From: Veleropilina oligotropha
Taxonomy: Eukaryota
Assembly: GCA_048128005.1 (NCBI GenBank)
Contig: JBEUKZ010000123.1
Span: forward strand, 434,001 to 490,293
Direction: 5' to 3'
DNA length: 56,293 bases
A model generated the notes under the pieces. The model saw nothing but the letters and a program-made list of their open reading frames with translations, was not told the origin of the DNA and searched no databases. The position numbers and the translations under genes were made by a program. Shown here one piece after another: positions 38,919-53,985 of the stretch; position 1 is the stretch's first letter, and the number at the start of each line of letters is the position of its first letter.

Positions 38919-39172
38919 GGCCGCTTCGGCAGCGCAGTGTCCACTCTAAATTCACTGGCTTGATTCCGCTAATGCGAACAGTAGTGGGTTCAATACCTGG
39001 ATGAGGCATTGAAATCTGTTCAAGTTATGAATCACAGTTGTCCGTGACTGGCCGAAGAGGGCGGGTTTACCCGGGCGACCGGGGTTTCCTCCCGCGATAA
39101 CACGGACATGTCCTGCCTTGAACCTCGATGTTGTAAATATACAGGATATTAAGCATCATTCCTCCCTCCCTC
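38919..39172 (+). mobile_element. SINE copy near-identical to 35745-36003
   Basis: Direct alignment by eye; degenerate TSD CACCCGACCTTTT / CACTCGATCTTTT. Confidence 0.88.
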
Positions 39173-39885
39173 CACTCGATCTTTTCCATAACTTTCTTTG
39201 GATGCGTCTCCGATGCTAACAGCATGTAGGCCTAGAAGTTACCAACACGGAACAAAATTCAAGGCTCAATGAGATTGTTTTCCGTAAATCTTTTTAATTC
39301 TGATATGAGATAATTTACCGATTTTACGTAATACAAAATGTACTTCATTATAAAACTCGATTTTCACAATCATTTTCGTCCGAAAATTTGGTACATTCCT
39401 ACATTATATCAATCGGGTTTATGTAAACATGTCTATCAATATCAAGTGACTCTGATTTTAAAACTTTTTCTATACGTGTCGGCTGGATGTATTTTTAGCT
39501 TCTAGATTAAAGACATAATTATTCAATAATGTGTAATGGTTGTTTTCTAGTGGACCAGGTATATTTCAATTTAACCCCAATTCTGGCTGGTCACTCTAAA
39601 TTACAACGCTTCCTTTAGGGATGATATTTCGCATACAAAAGTCTTGGACATTGGCTCTATTTTATACGCCGAGGTTGAGATTTGCTGAGCCATCACACCC
39701 TCTTTATTTATAGAAGTAAAATGGCAGCGATAATTACGTGCGATTCCACATGACTACCGGGGCGACCTATACTTCAGAGAACGATATTTCAAACAAGAAT
39801 GGACATAATTTAATAAAATGTGTTTCATTTCTATAAAAAGCTAGATATAATAAATCTCTCTGGACTTATCATTTTCTGATTTCAG

Positions 39886-40092
39886 CAAAATCGAGACCAA
39901 TGGAGGATAGTGTTTTACATAACTGCAGGAATGTATCTCTTTGGAATGCTATTTTACTTGTGTTTCGCCAAAGGAGAAGTACAAGAATGGGCGATAACTA
40001 ACCCCGAGGATAAGATCATCACGCTAGATGGAGTGTATTATGGAAGTCATATCCCAGCAAACCAATACCCGGCTACAACGCAGTTGAATTAA
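39886..40092 (+). CDS. SLC17/sialin-like exon 11 (last coding exon)
   Basis: QWRIVFYITAG...FAKGEVQEWA...TAA. The 11 exons sum to 1497 nt (498 aa plus stop). Confidence 0.93.
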   Translation, partial: QNRDQWRIVFYITAGMYLFGMLFYLCFAKGEVQEWAITNPEDKIITLDGVYYGSHIPANQYPATTQLN

Positions 40093-40496
40093 ATGACATT
40101 AATATATTTTTAGTACATCTGATGCATGAACTGCATTGGATCGATGCTTAATGTCCTGTATATTGACAACATTCAGGTTAAAACCAGGACATGTCCATAA
40201 TATCGCGGGAGGAAAGACGGTCGCGCGAGAAAACCCACTCTCTCCGGTCAGTTATGGACAAATTTCATTGATATCTCAGCAACGAATGTCATATCCCAAC
40301 CGATGTTTCAACCCACTCAAGCGTTAAATATACCAAATATTATGTTATTATAGTGAAATTTGTCTCTAATTAGCAGAAAACGAAATTGTAATAACTTACA
40401 ATGTTGCGAAATTGAACTGTAGTATTAAAGTTTAATGAAATTCAGAAGAGAACACTCTTTTACAATTTTGTTCGACATTTCACACTTTATTTCCAT

Positions 40497-41830
40497 TTTT
40501 ATCCCATCGGTTTTGAAAAAAACGATGGGATTATGTCGTCACGTAGTCCGTCCGGCCGGCCGTCTGTCCGTATAGACGACGTTAACAGGTTATCAGGAAA
40601 ACCGAAACAGCTAGGGAATTCAAATTTGGTATGCAGGTTTATTGGGACATAAACTAGGTTGCTATTGAATTTCAGATTATTCCACCAAATATTTGCAGTT
40701 ATCCCCGCTTTTCGATTTTTTTTCGTTTTGGACGACGTGAACAGGATATCAGGAAAACCATAATAGGTAGGGAATTTAAATTTAGTATGCAGGTTTATTG
40801 GGACATTAACTAGATTGCTATTGAATTTCAGATTATTCCGCCAAATATTTCCAGTTTCCCTCCCTTTTCAACAAAATTTTCGTTTTGGACGACGTGAACA
40901 GGATATCAGGAAAACCATTATATCTAGGGAATTCAAATTTGGTATGCAGGTTTATTGGGACATAAACTAGGTTGCTATTGAAATTCAGATTATTCCGCCA
41001 AATATTTGCACAGTTATCCCCCCTTTTCGACATAAAATTTCCGTTTAGGACGACGTGAACAGGATATCAGGAAAATTGTGACAGCTAGGGAATTCAAATT
41101 TGGTATGCAGGTTTATTGGGTCATAAACTACGTATGTTGCTATTGAATTTCAGATTATTCCGCCTAATATTTGCACAGTTATCCCCCTTTTTCGACAAAC
41201 TTTCCTTTTCGGACGACATGAAATTGATATAACGAAATCCGTAACAGCTAGGAAATTCAAATTTTGTATGCAGGTTTATTGGGACATAACCTAATTGCTA
41301 TTCTATTTCAGATTATTCCACTGAATATTTGCACAGTTATCCCCCCTTTTCGACATATACTTTCCGTTTCGGACGACATGAACATGATATCAGGAAAATG
41401 TACCATAATAGCTAGGGAGTTAAAAACTGGTATACCGGTTTATTTGGATATACACTAGGTTCCTATTTAATTTGATATCATTCCGACAAATATTTGCACA
41501 GTTATCCCCATTTTTCTCCATAAAAAATTCGTTTATGTCGTAAACAGGATTTCGCGAATCCCGTGATGACTAGGGAGTTGAAATTTGGTATGCAGGTTTC
41601 TTGGGACATAAACTAGAAGCCTACTGAATTTGGTATTATTTCGCCAACTATTACCGCAGTTATGCCCCCTTATTTATATAAACATTTTCTTTCCATCAAT
41701 TATCTTCATGACCGCACATCGGATGTCGTTAAAATCTTATGACTGATTTCCAATTACTAGCTCGGAGATCAATTCAATTTCGGCAGAACTTCGACAAATA
41801 TTCGCACAGTTGTCTCCCTTTTTCGACATA
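40497..41830 (+). repeat. HINE-like element with ~7 tandem ~160-bp repeats
   Basis: 5' ATCCCATCG..CGATGGGAT palindrome and GTCC-type microsatellite; GGACGAC(G/A)TGAA recurs at 40731, 40887, 41048, 41211 and 41372. Confidence 0.8.
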
Positions 41831-42207
41831 AATATTTAGTTATCATTCCCCTTTATTAACTTTAAAATGTACACTCCAATTTTAATTGCTCGTAATGATC
41901 GCGCATTGACCTACAGTGCCTTACTTACATAGATGTGGATGTTATATAGAGGTTCAAAATGGCACAACGTACACAGTTTGCTGCTTTATATTAAAAAATC
42001 GCACTGAAATCGCTGGCCGCTATTGAAACATTACATTCGATGCCGGTCATTTTGATGGAAATCCGTTCAATTCGTCCAATATCGTGACACTCAATTTGCT
42101 TCGTCAGACTTTTCATCAAAACATGCAGACGTGTCATATATTATGTAAAATGCATTTATCTAAATTGCATGCAATGTGACATTATTGCAACATATAGCAC
42201 ATTATAT

Positions 42208-42522
42208 GCCGTCGTGGCTCAGTGGGTTGTTCACAGGACTGGTCACAGAGTCTCGCGTTCACCCCCAGAGCTCGGCGATTTCACTTGGGCAAGGAAATAA
42301 GCATATATTTGCCTCGGTCCACCCAGCCGATATGAATGGGTACCTGGGTGGCAGTATAGTTATGTAAGTCACGGCGCTACCCGCGCGTAAATGACTGTAA
42401 TGCTCCCAGAGGGAGTTGAGATGGCATATCGAGTGGAAGCGGCCAATAACCAGGGGTAATAATGTGCAGCGCATTGAGACACTAGCGTAATAAAGCGCTA
42501 TATAAGACCGGAGTATTATTAT
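42208..42522 (+). mobile_element. tRNA-derived SINE with CORE/Deu-like centre and L2-type 3' tail
   Basis: GTGGCTCAGTGG A-box, TTGGGCAAG..CCACCCAG..AATGGGTACC core, AAGCGCTATATAA..(TAT)n tail; partial copy at ~17620-17806. Confidence 0.75.
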
Positions 42523-45500
42523 CAGTGATAATGTTGCGGCTCAACTTTCCACAATGCCCAAGTTAAATTCGGCCGCAGTGCCCAACGTGATGAAGTTTCT
42601 TTCTGCTAAATGTTCATTACACATAATAAAATCGTCCTGGTTTATTTATTTTTACTTTTAATTCGTTGGTGCTTCAGGAACCCAGTCTATAGATTTCTAT
42701 GGAAAAATGACCAATTTTTTAACATTGGCTATCTGGAAACATACATTTTCGGTCTCGCGTTTAAATTATTTTTGAGCATTGCAACTTTAACGCAGTGTCC
42801 TCGCTTGAATTTTGAACATATGTAACTAAAATTATAATCAAGATTACATTTTAACTAAAATTATAATATACACAACGTATGATCAATACAACATTGAGAA
42901 CATAAAATGGAGTCATTTCCTACATATTTCTTGCATATCTGATCCTATAATGAACGTTTTAAAACTAACATTGATCAATGGAACTGCAGGTGAACAACAG
43001 GGATTAAAGAGCATAATTTATCATTTTTCTGCAATAACATGACAGAATCCTATAAATTTTCAAATAAATGATAAGTTCAAGCATATTTTATTAGTGAAAC
43101 ACTTTTGTTTGACTTCATAAATAACGCCTATTTGCATTATAATGCATAATTTCATTAATTTGGTGCATATTATTGCATAATTTCATTAATTTAGATGCAT
43201 ATTATTGTATAATGTGGATGCATAATATGGTGCTTCTTTTTTGGCATAATTTTATGAATATTAATTAGCGCATAATTCTGCAGGGTCTATTATATGCTCG
43301 AGATTAAATACATTTAGCAGCCCAACCATGGCAAAATATTTTCCCGGACCATAGTCCGGGGATAAAATGACTTGAACCTTGACCAGTTGAGGAGGGTGAT
43401 ATTAGACACTGGATTCAGTCTGTTCTTGTTATGGCAATATATACTGCCATCACAAGATACCCATGGAATAAACCAATTGGAAGCCCGTTTTCAAAATCCA
43501 TCTGATTTTGATAATCCCAGCTTCTCAGAGTGTCCTTTAAGCTTAACAGCTTACTGTACCTATCGGCAGTGAGCAAGTCTTACAGATAAGCATATGTCTC
43601 TTTCATCATACAAACATAATACTTACATAACGATATCGGCTTCGTTTCTATCCTCATTATTTCAAGGAATAATGAAACTTTTCAGAATAACTGGTATAGT
43701 GTGTAGGCATAGCAAAAATAAATCATGTAACTTCTTCATAATTTTTTTTTTTTGGGGGGGGAGGGGGTGAGCATGAGAGGGGTGTGAGAGGGGGAATCGG
43801 AAGGATTAATATATATGTGCCTCACCTCAGCTCATACACTTATGAAGCATCTATGGTCTAAGTTTAATTGATCTAGAACACATACTTTGTGAGAAACAGA
43901 GCTAAACGCAAAAACTTAACGTAAAAACTTGACACAGATTACTATGTTGACAAAGTCACGGTACATAAAATCTAGGTTATATATCAAGCATCCGAAGCAT
44001 TCGGTAAACAACAGTACCAATGAAGCATGTATGGTCCAAGTTATGTTGATCTAGAACATATACATTTTGAGAAACAGAGCTAAACGCAAAACATTAACAA
44101 TTGTTGACGCCGCCGCAGTCGTCGACAGAAAAGCAATACCTATAGTCTCTTTCCCTACGGGCGAGACAAAAATGACAGGGTTATATTACCACAGCGACAA
44201 AATAACCCGGGTCGCTTTATCATGGGGATTAATGTATACCATACTATGGGGGGTCATTTTAGCATAAAGCGGGTCATTTTATCGCTATGGTAAAATGACC
44301 CGCGGGTCACTTAACCATGGGGTCATAATACCATATGACACCTGCATCGTCTCTATAAGAAATATTTTGAAGACCGACGTTAGTTGAATGACGTTAAAAA
44401 TAGTTAAAAATGCAGTTCATTCCAAGCTAGGACAAGCAAGAGGGCAGATTGAAACATGATTGTTTGTAGTAATATTGCTTGGTTGAAGCTTTTCGTCTCC
44501 GTCGGGATGGTCCAGTAATTGAATATCTAAAAAGCTGATTTTTCGTTCTCGATACCATTCGCTATAGGCTCGTGGGCAATGGGAATTATTTAAGAAACAA
44601 CGCGGAATTTGATGTGGATCGAGATTGTAAACATCATCTCCACTATACGCATATTAGCTACATATGTTGTTCATGGCAATAGTGCTGTCACAAAAGGAAA
44701 ATGTATTGGATCTCTATGCGTGAAATAAGGCCGCTCCGACAGTCGTGTTGGTGTCGGTTGTGGACTCCAAAATATCACGGCTTGATTCCACACGAACAGT
44801 TGTGGGTTCGAACGTCAGTTGAGAGATGCCATTATTTGTTCAAGTTATGAATCACAGTTGTCAGTGAATGGTAGGAGAGGATGGAAAATATACATGACAT
44901 TAAGCATCGATCCTTTACTTTCTTTTTCATGGCAATAGTCTCTTTGAAAGCTTTCTCGAGTCAGCACTCTGTGGCTAGCGTTCCAATGAGACCATTATGT
45001 ACACCAACAGATGTTACACAAAGGCTTTATCACATTACCATGACAGTTGAGGGAGACTCATTGTGTTCAAACATCTAGGAACTCATTACACAATCTGGAA
45101 AACAGCTGTTTCCCCTCAAAGAGATATCTGCAGACCAACAGACCTGCAGTTTTATTTTACAGACAAACTAAATTGCACCTGCATAATTAGTTTGGCGTGA
45201 TTTCGTGTGACACTTGTTACACTGCGGGGCAGATGATATTACCCAGATCGGACTTCAAGAACATTACAGTGTTAATGAGATAAATAGTTCTGTAGTCTGC
45301 AATTGTTTGCCATATGTTCGGAGAACAACGATGGGAGGTTAATGGTCTTCATCATTCGTGTCGTCTAGTATCCCATGGAGTATAAACAGTCCGCTGGCAT
45401 TAAAGCCATTTCCAGCTAACTGTATACTCGTATCTACGTAAGTTTCTGTCTCTACTCAGCCGACTCTGGTCATTCCGACATAAAGGACCGTTGTGTTATC

Positions 45501-46325
45501 CATGACGGAATGCGGTGGTATGCGATAACGTCCCCGTCACAAGACACTACCCGCTGGAGTCGTTGAGATTACATCTCGCTACTGCATCACAAGGCATTTG
45601 TAGATTCTGGACAATTCATTTATATATGTCCTCGACATAGTACAAATTACATAGTATACATCCATGTCGATAACGTTAATAGTAGCATAGATATAAGTTC
45701 TAACTAAACATATTTATATATGTACAAATGAGCCCCGCACAGTTATACGTGCTCCCTAGGACGTTGGCTAGGTAAGGACTGCCGCACTCCGGCCCGCACC
45801 GGCCCCAAACCGAATTCTTCCACCCTCGTCTCGACCAATCTGATCTCGTGCTTTGGATTCGTCCAGCTATTCTCAAATTAACTCGTCCACTATTTCATCA
45901 GGAATACACGCATTTTGACACGGAGTGACGAATTGACTCTTATGACATTAGGTTTCATAATTACAGAATACGGGCGTCATTCCTTTTGAACTCGGAACTA
46001 AACATCATTAATCTCTTTCAGTTATATCAATACGTCAGAATTACGTGACGTCAATAGCTACTATCAGGCGACTAGCTGTCCTTAACAATATACACACAAT
46101 TATATTAGATCACAGGTCAAGATCAATCTCTAGTGGCAGGGGTGCTCAGTGCGATGTCATTAGTACATTATTTCAATATTAAAACTTATACAATAGTACA
46201 ATAGTAATGAACTATAATAAAGATCTACTCATTAAGTACTTTAGGCATCATATTGTAACACACTTTCAACGAACCCAACAACAGTCATATCTCTCAATCC
46301 TAAAAACATATGTTCCACTTTCTCA

Positions 46326-46960
46326 TTACTCTCGCCTCCGGAGGAGAAGGCGAGGGTATTGCAATGGGCTTTGTATATGTGTGTGTCTGTCTGTCTGTCC
46401 GAATGCCATCACATCTCAAAAGCTATTGATCCGATTTTCCCCAAAATTCAACACAAGATATGTTTAATTCTTGGCAATGTTCTCCCCGAAGATGATTCCG
46501 ATAGGTACACGGATACGGATGCAATGACGCACTTCCGGTTTTTGAATTTGGGGCTGTAGAGTAAGAACGCTTGGCCATACACAGGACAACGATACGATGA
46601 CTTATCTAGCAACTACATTAAACAAGATGACTGCCAAATAAAACCTTGCATGTCCATTCGCATAACTCGAAAACTGTTGATCCGATTTGTGTACAAAAGA
46701 TATGTTGTATCGATGGCTTGGTCTTCCTGGAAGATGGTCCGGATTGTCCGGGAAATTGCGTCATAAAATCCGGATCCGCTTTCCGACTCCAATCATATTT
46801 GAGGAGAACCGATCCTAGGGTGGACCATATCTTGTGTTAAGAAGTGGATAAATCGTTTCAATGGTCGTTAACATATAGCTGAAAATCCGAAATTCGATTC
46901 GGATCATCTTTGAGGAGGACAGGAGGTATGGTGGACCCTATCTCGTGTATCATATGTAGT
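46326..46960 (+). mobile_element. HINE-like element fragment
   Basis: CTCGCCT..AGGCGAG palindrome then (TGTC)n; internal similarity to 12575-12780. Confidence 0.6.
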
Positions 46961-49900
46961 ATCATGGATATCATTTTTCAATACGTCTAATACCAGACAC
47001 AATTTATTTTTGGCATTGCTATTAGAAACTTTAGTTAAAATTACCACTTCAAAGATGGCAGTCGGAAGTCCCTACCAGGTTTTCGTAGCAAACGGCTAAA
47101 GCGTTGTCGATTTATCTTGAGGTCAGTGGTTCGAATCCCGTTACTTCCAAATTTTTTTAATTTAATTTTAATCAAGTTTTGTTATTATTTTAATTTTGTT
47201 ATGATTTGTCATCACATTTATATGATTGTAATTCATGTTCAGAAATATTGATTGTAAACATTTTTGACTTTCACCATCGTCTACCTTGGCCCAGGGGCGA
47301 ACTAGTGTATGCAATCTCCTTTGATTGCCCTTGTTTAATACGAATAGCTGGCACTGAATGAAATTCTTAAGCTCCAACAACCGTTAAAATTTATCATCAA
47401 ATCATGTGTAGTCACTGTGATGTCTGATCCAGGAATAGGCTCCTGGCGTTGTTTTCGATTTAACTAGGTCTTATAGTATAAAAATGATAATGGTGTAGAC
47501 TTACCATCGGTTGCAGACGTTTGTGCAGACACCCCGGAACTTAACACCCTTAGGATCTAATTAGTCTTTAGAAAAAGTCTTAATTTAACGCAATGGTCGG
47601 AGGCTCAATCCTTTCTATAACTTGTTTATGAAAGTCATTTTACTGACAGAAAGTGCATAATGTTTTTATTCGATAATTGAGCAGAAAATTCACGAATACC
47701 ATACTAAATATAGGCCAATTAGATTTTAATAGGCTTTAATTAAAAATGCCCTCGACTCCTTCTTTAATTGAGTTAAACATGTAAATAATAGCTGTGAGAT
47801 TACCATTATAATCTAGCCCGCTTGACATCGTATGGTTGTTTCCCGAGGCCATACTCGATTATCGATTAGCGTACACATGATCAAGTTTAGAATTTAGTAG
47901 AGGACCATAATATATTAGGTAGCATTATGTTAAAGCAATGAAGCAGTTATTACACATTCATATAGAATTATAAATTAATCGAGCACTATCTTCTGACGCG
48001 GACTATCTCTTGAGTTGTGAGGCCTCGCGGTGAATTTGACCACCTTGCAGTGCAGTTTCCTGCAGACTGTCATGTTGATATGGCAAGAAGCCGCGGTGTG
48101 GTAGACATATACACCACCGTCAAATATTCGCGAATATGGTATCGCCTATATATATTATGAAACATTACATAGCTTAATATAATTATGCAGCAACCATATG
48201 ACTGAAATGGTCGAACCACGAACGAATGCGTGATATACGATAATTAAATATTAGCGAAATTTGCATCTCAGCGACGTTCATTACACCACATGCTGACATG
48301 AACAGCAGGCAAACATATTTTTAGCAGAAAGTTCAAATAACGTTCGTTGGTACTACCCAAGCAGTATAGTATTTCAAATGTGTCATATGACAGAAATACT
48401 GGTATATTGCGCAATAAGAATAATTTGAAGAACATTTGTTCCTTTAATATAGGTAAAAACTATATGGTTGGTCAATATTTTTGTCTTGAAGCTGGCTGGT
48501 GAGGATAGGTTCTTCAAGAGAAAATATTTTATAGGCCTACTTCAATTTCCTGGACTACCTTCAGGCATAAAACATTCAACTGGAGATAATATTAACCTTA
48601 TGTGATGTGCGCTCTTAGTATTTCGCTATTTAGCATAGGCTACTTTGCAATATTTAAAGTTAACACTTCTCGCTCGTCTTGGCTGAAACAAAAAATCGGC
48701 ATCGTTGTTTCACAGTTTCGAAACGTGTGCTGAACGTAAATGGCGATTTTGTTCGTAATTAGTTTGATCACCATGGAACGTTTATTTTACCAACATGTAA
48801 AATGTCAAGTTGTTGAAGTTGGATAAAGGTCATAATTAAACCTAAATTTATGTCATTCCGCTGCCTTATTTCTTTTACGATGTAATTTGAATTTCTTGTC
48901 AGACTCGTTTGAGGGCTATCGTAATATTAAGAAGGTTGATAATAGGATAAATAACATTGTTATTTTATTAACTTTAAAGTCAGAAAAAATCTAGATAATA
49001 GAAATATTGATAAAAATAAAATAAAATTCAATGCCGATTTGAAAGAATGTATCACTCTCGTAGATCACATTCGTCCCGTTTACTCATTCAACTCGAGTGA
49101 TACATACTTTCAGATTGGAATATCACTTGGTTTTATTCAATCGTGTGAGTCTGAGAAACAATAAAGACGAGATTTTCTCAATATACCCAATCATTCAGTA
49201 TAATCAATAATATTATTGCATAAGACATAACATCGGCCAACATAAGCTGAATATTAATAATTATTTTTAAGACAAACTAACGCTCGTCCCTTTATTGTAT
49301 GATCGGATCTCTGATATAGATTATAATTACTCAAAGCTGAATTAATGTAAAGTTCAAATAAGCTAATCTATAAAACGTTACCAAAGCTTGTCCTTAAAAC
49401 TCGAATCATTTACAATATATGATATTGACAGAAACACGAACGAACAGGATTTGCTGCAAGTAGTTTGTGATTGGATGAAGTCGACATAACTTTTAAATAA
49501 GTAATAAATTCAATCAGCGGGTAATTTGCTTACAGGTGATCTTGTTCTTCAACGTACATTATTTAATACAAAGATGTGTATTTATTAACGTTTAACACGT
49601 AATGTTACCGAAATTACCGTATGTTGTTTTTCATCAATAATAAATAATTCGTGAATCTGTCTTCAGTGCATATCATACACCAGTATCATGCAATGGGGAT
49701 TTCTTTGAATTGTCTAAGTACAAAATGGTATGTGGCGGATACATAAAATGCATTGGAATACCATAGCTTGTGCATTTTGACGCAGTATTAGAAACAATAT
49801 GTAAATTGTACTGTTATCATGACAGCAAACCTCATTTATGTTGCCCACCATCATAACAGTACGATTGCTGTATTAATTGCTAAGATGTCATTATTCATTC

Positions 49901-50659
49901 AAGATTACAGATGTGGACATTTATTCCAGTTTAATCTTTAAAATTGAGTTGTAAACCGACTCCAATGTCAGATATAATAGTCAGTCTTCTTACTCCCCAC
50001 TACATTCCAGATTTGAGAATAGCACACATTTCAGCATTATTCCATATGGAAAGCAACTTGGTATCAGGGGAGCAGAAATGACCCAACTTTCTTTATGATC
50101 AGCCAATCTCCGACATCGTATTATCTACTGGTATTTTGTCTGTACGTATACTTATTGTCTGGTAGTCGGGTGCCTAACCCCAAAATATCGGTATAAGTTT
50201 ATTTTATTGTTGATTATCCATCTATGGCATGTATGTAATATGTTTCAGGGGTGTGTGGATTTTGGCGACTTTTTTGGCGGTCAATTTAAAAATTTCATTT
50301 GCTAATATCTCGATCCTCGACAGCCACATGGAATAAGATTCTGGTGTCTACATTTATGTTTTCATAGCAAATAAACAAGATTAGAATTCTATTTATTAAT
50401 ATTGGGTGTTTTGGAGGAGGTAGTCACCTTAACTTTCAAAATGACCGCCAAAATGGTTGCAAACCAAAACACGTTTTTGCTCATATCTCGAACTAAGATG
50501 TTCATAGAGGCATCATTCTGCCGTCTATACCCATGTTTTCAGGCTCAGTTAACATGGTGAGATCAACAATAATAATACTGAATGATTTGGTGGAGGCTGT
50601 CATATTAACTTTCAAATTGGGCACCAAATGCGCGCTTCATCCAAGAGAGGTGAAGGAAC

Positions 50660-50945
50660 TGCAAAGGCCCTGACAGTTCTCTGGCAGATGATCTGGAAAC
50701 AGAGTGGACACAATCACTAGTGATACCCTTACGAAGATTGACAATCCCAAACAGTGCCAAAATTATAGAACCATAAGCCTGATCAGCTACCTCACCAAGG
50801 TGTTGCCAAGCATCACCATCAAGCGATTGAAAACGAAGGCCTTCAAAAAGGCCTTGACAGAATTTGGCATGAACACCTATGGAACGTACTCAGAGGCTAC
50901 AAATTCGAGGAAGGTCTTTTTCAGGTTGTGTTCAAAACAGTCATT
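50660..50945 (+). pseudogene. Decayed non-LTR (RTE-like) reverse transcriptase fragment
   Basis: KQCQNYRTISLISYLTKVL...RLK..FKKA. Confidence 0.7.
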
Positions 50946-52439
50946 TCCGTTAAAGTTGCATTACCCGTAGGTAGTAATTTTAAACCCTAGACCGCAAAGT
51001 TAGAAACTTTTTTCCAAAAAATTATATAGACGGGGTCCCTTGAGAGCCTTTGAATTAAAACTGAAAAATAATAAATCCGGGCTCCGGTTTTATTATGGGT
51101 AAAGGTCATTTCGCCGACGCAAATTTCGTCAAGTTGGGAACTGACGAAGTTAACTTGGGAACTGTGAAACGTTGAGCTGCAACATTGCCCCGATGCCCCA
51201 TATTATTTCACACTGCACTGGTATTCTTTGATGTCTTTGAAGCTCGACATCACTCATCGAAATCGGTTTGTGTTCTCCGACGTCCGTCTATGGTTGAGAA
51301 ATTTCGATCCTCGGTCGTATGTTTAGTTTATATGATTATATTAGTAGCATTTTACAATGTAGATTCAGTCAATAAATTACCAGGCGCGACCACTGTGGCC
51401 TTGACTAAATAAGACGCATCAAACTTGATACGTGGGATACAGAAATACGTCAGTAAGCCGAAAGCTCATTTTGTGAAACTGTCTCACTGGTATTTTTCAT
51501 ACTAATAGTTGTTTTTAATCTTAGAATAGCACGTGGCTAATGACTGTGGTTTATCGTTGTTAATAAATTGATATAGTCAATCTCCAACCTAGTCTTGACA
51601 TATGTTTATTAGTTTATTACATTGAATAGTTGTTGGTCTGGTGGATATATTTATATTATTTGAAACTGCCTGTGACATCATCGGTGTTATCTATATGCGT
51701 CTTGCGTAGTCATTATAAACCCCTCACTAAGAGGCATTTCGCGGCACCGTGACAAACATTATCACTTATTTACTATTTTACAATAATCTCATTCAATTTA
51801 ATTATATATAATATTTTTTTCATATTTAACGAAAGGTCTGCGCGTTTCGATGAGAAGCACACCGAAACAAATTAGGCGATTCGGTGATGGCCGAATTGAC
51901 AGGGTTTAACCGAAAATGGCTGCCGTTGAATGCTAATATATGCTAGTAGCCGGCAGCGATTTCTTATTATAAACACTTTGAATCATCAACACTTTTTATA
52001 ATATACGCATATGTGTAAGTAATTTATGGTAGGGCATTGTGCGATAATTACGGGTAATGCAACTTTAATAGTCACAGAGATCCATAACTTTCTGGAGAGG
52101 GCAAGTTTCATCGACTGACCGAGCTTTCCTTCTTCCTAATATGGACATGTCCTGGCATGAACCAGTATGTTGTAAAAATCGGGATATTAATCATTGATGC
52201 AAAACAAAACCAGATTCATTTCTCTCATTTTGAGTGGGAGTCTCGATTGTCTTAATTATTACAATATTTCTACTGAATTGAATTGATGTTTAACGACAAC
52301 CCAACATTACTTCATCCATAATCGAGTTAGTCGACGCTGTATCTTATGAACATGAAAGGCTATATTGTTAAAAAGAAATATGCTGTATTTACCTGTTAAA
52401 ATACAAGTGAAATAAAAGTTTAATGCAAATATATTTTAT

Positions 52440-53000
52440 TCTTATGCCCCCACCAACGAAGTTTAGGGGGGCATATATGAGTCAGCTTGTCTGTCTGTCT
52501 GTCGGTCGATCTGTTGCAAATTCCCTTCCACTCCATATCTCCCATAATATTTGACCAAAGGACACGAAATTTGATGTGTGCATGCGTCATAGCCCAAAGG
52601 TGTGTCGCCTACCGAAAGTAGGACACCACGACCTACTTTTCATGCTTGACTGCACTTAATCCAATATTCCCTTCCGCTCCATATCTCCCATATTATTTGA
52701 CCGAGGGACAAGAAACTTGACGTGTGCATGCGTCATAACCCAAAGGTGTGCCGCGTACCGAAAGTAAATTCCCTTCCGCTCCATATCTCCGATCCTATTT
52801 GACCTAGAGACACGAAACTTGATGTGTGCATGCGTCATAGCCCAAAGGCGTGTCGCGTACTGCATGCTTGATTGCACTTAATCCAAAATTTCCTTCCGCT
52901 CCATATCTCCCATACTATTTGACCAAGGGACATGAAACTTGATGTGTGTATGCAACGTTTTCGTGGAAGCATGTGATCACTCCTGTGATAGTTCTAGTTT
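52440..53000 (+). mobile_element. HINE-like element with internal tandem repeats
   Basis: TATGCCCCC..GGGGGCATA palindrome, (GTCT)n, four CCTTCC(A/G)CTCCATATCTCC units, ATCAC..GTGAT hairpin and CTAGTT end. Confidence 0.75.
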
Positions 53001-53985
53001 AAAATAATAAAGAAAAGATATACAGGAATAAAAAGTTCACAAATAAATTTATCTCTTTTTGAAAAATCAAATATAAGATTTAGATTAATAGGATTAAATA
53101 GATTTTGGAGAGAATTAGTCGTAAAGTATTTATATAGGGAATATATGCTTAATTGTTATGGCAGTTTCACAAGGAAAACATTATAATGGAGGTTCTCATT
53201 TATGTAGGAAAGAGTGACGGAGGTGAGAAGATTTGAATCTCAATCTGGCGAGACATTCTTCTTGGTGAATGAGTCTGTTAGAAGGTTCCCTTTGGCAAGA
53301 ATAAGTTCCATTGCGTGGCATTCTTAACATTTTTATGTTAACAATCATCGCCATTGAGGGCACCTGCAATATTATGACATGTCCTTGTATGAATCTGACA
53401 GTTGTTAAATCGGGGTATAAACCATTGATCCGAATCAAATCTCAAACTAAAATCTGAATTATATCGATAATTAGATCGATAATTGATAAAAACTACAATT
53501 TTAAAATGGCAATTGCAAAATGCGTGTGTGCATTGTCAATAATTATTGTGAAGTGACATATATTTCAAACACATTTTTTCATAGAAACATTGTGATTTCT
53601 TCAAATGAGACAAATGAAGGTATATCACTATGACAATACGGGACTTGCCACAGCACAATATCATTGACTGTAAAAGAAACAATTACTTTTCAGTACTCTC
53701 GGGCAAACAAACTGATGTACCGTTAGTTAAAAGAAACAACCAAATGCAGCATGTCAAAAATTAGTGACAATTAGTGAGATAAATAGACATATATAGTGAA
53801 ATGTGTAGGACAAAATTATAAAAAGAGTGCTCTCCTTTGAACTTTAATACTATAGTTCAATTTCGCAACAAAGTATGAAATTGAAATTTCATTTTTTACT
53901 AATTAGGGATAAATTTAACTGCAATTTACGCATCTGATATACGAAAAGGTAGCAATGTTCCAGTTTACTCAGGCAATATTAAATA

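Noticed and set aside
51131..51185. Second hammerhead candidate (CTGACGA...GAAAC)
   Set aside because: Stem II does not abut GAAA and there is no convincing stem I or III.
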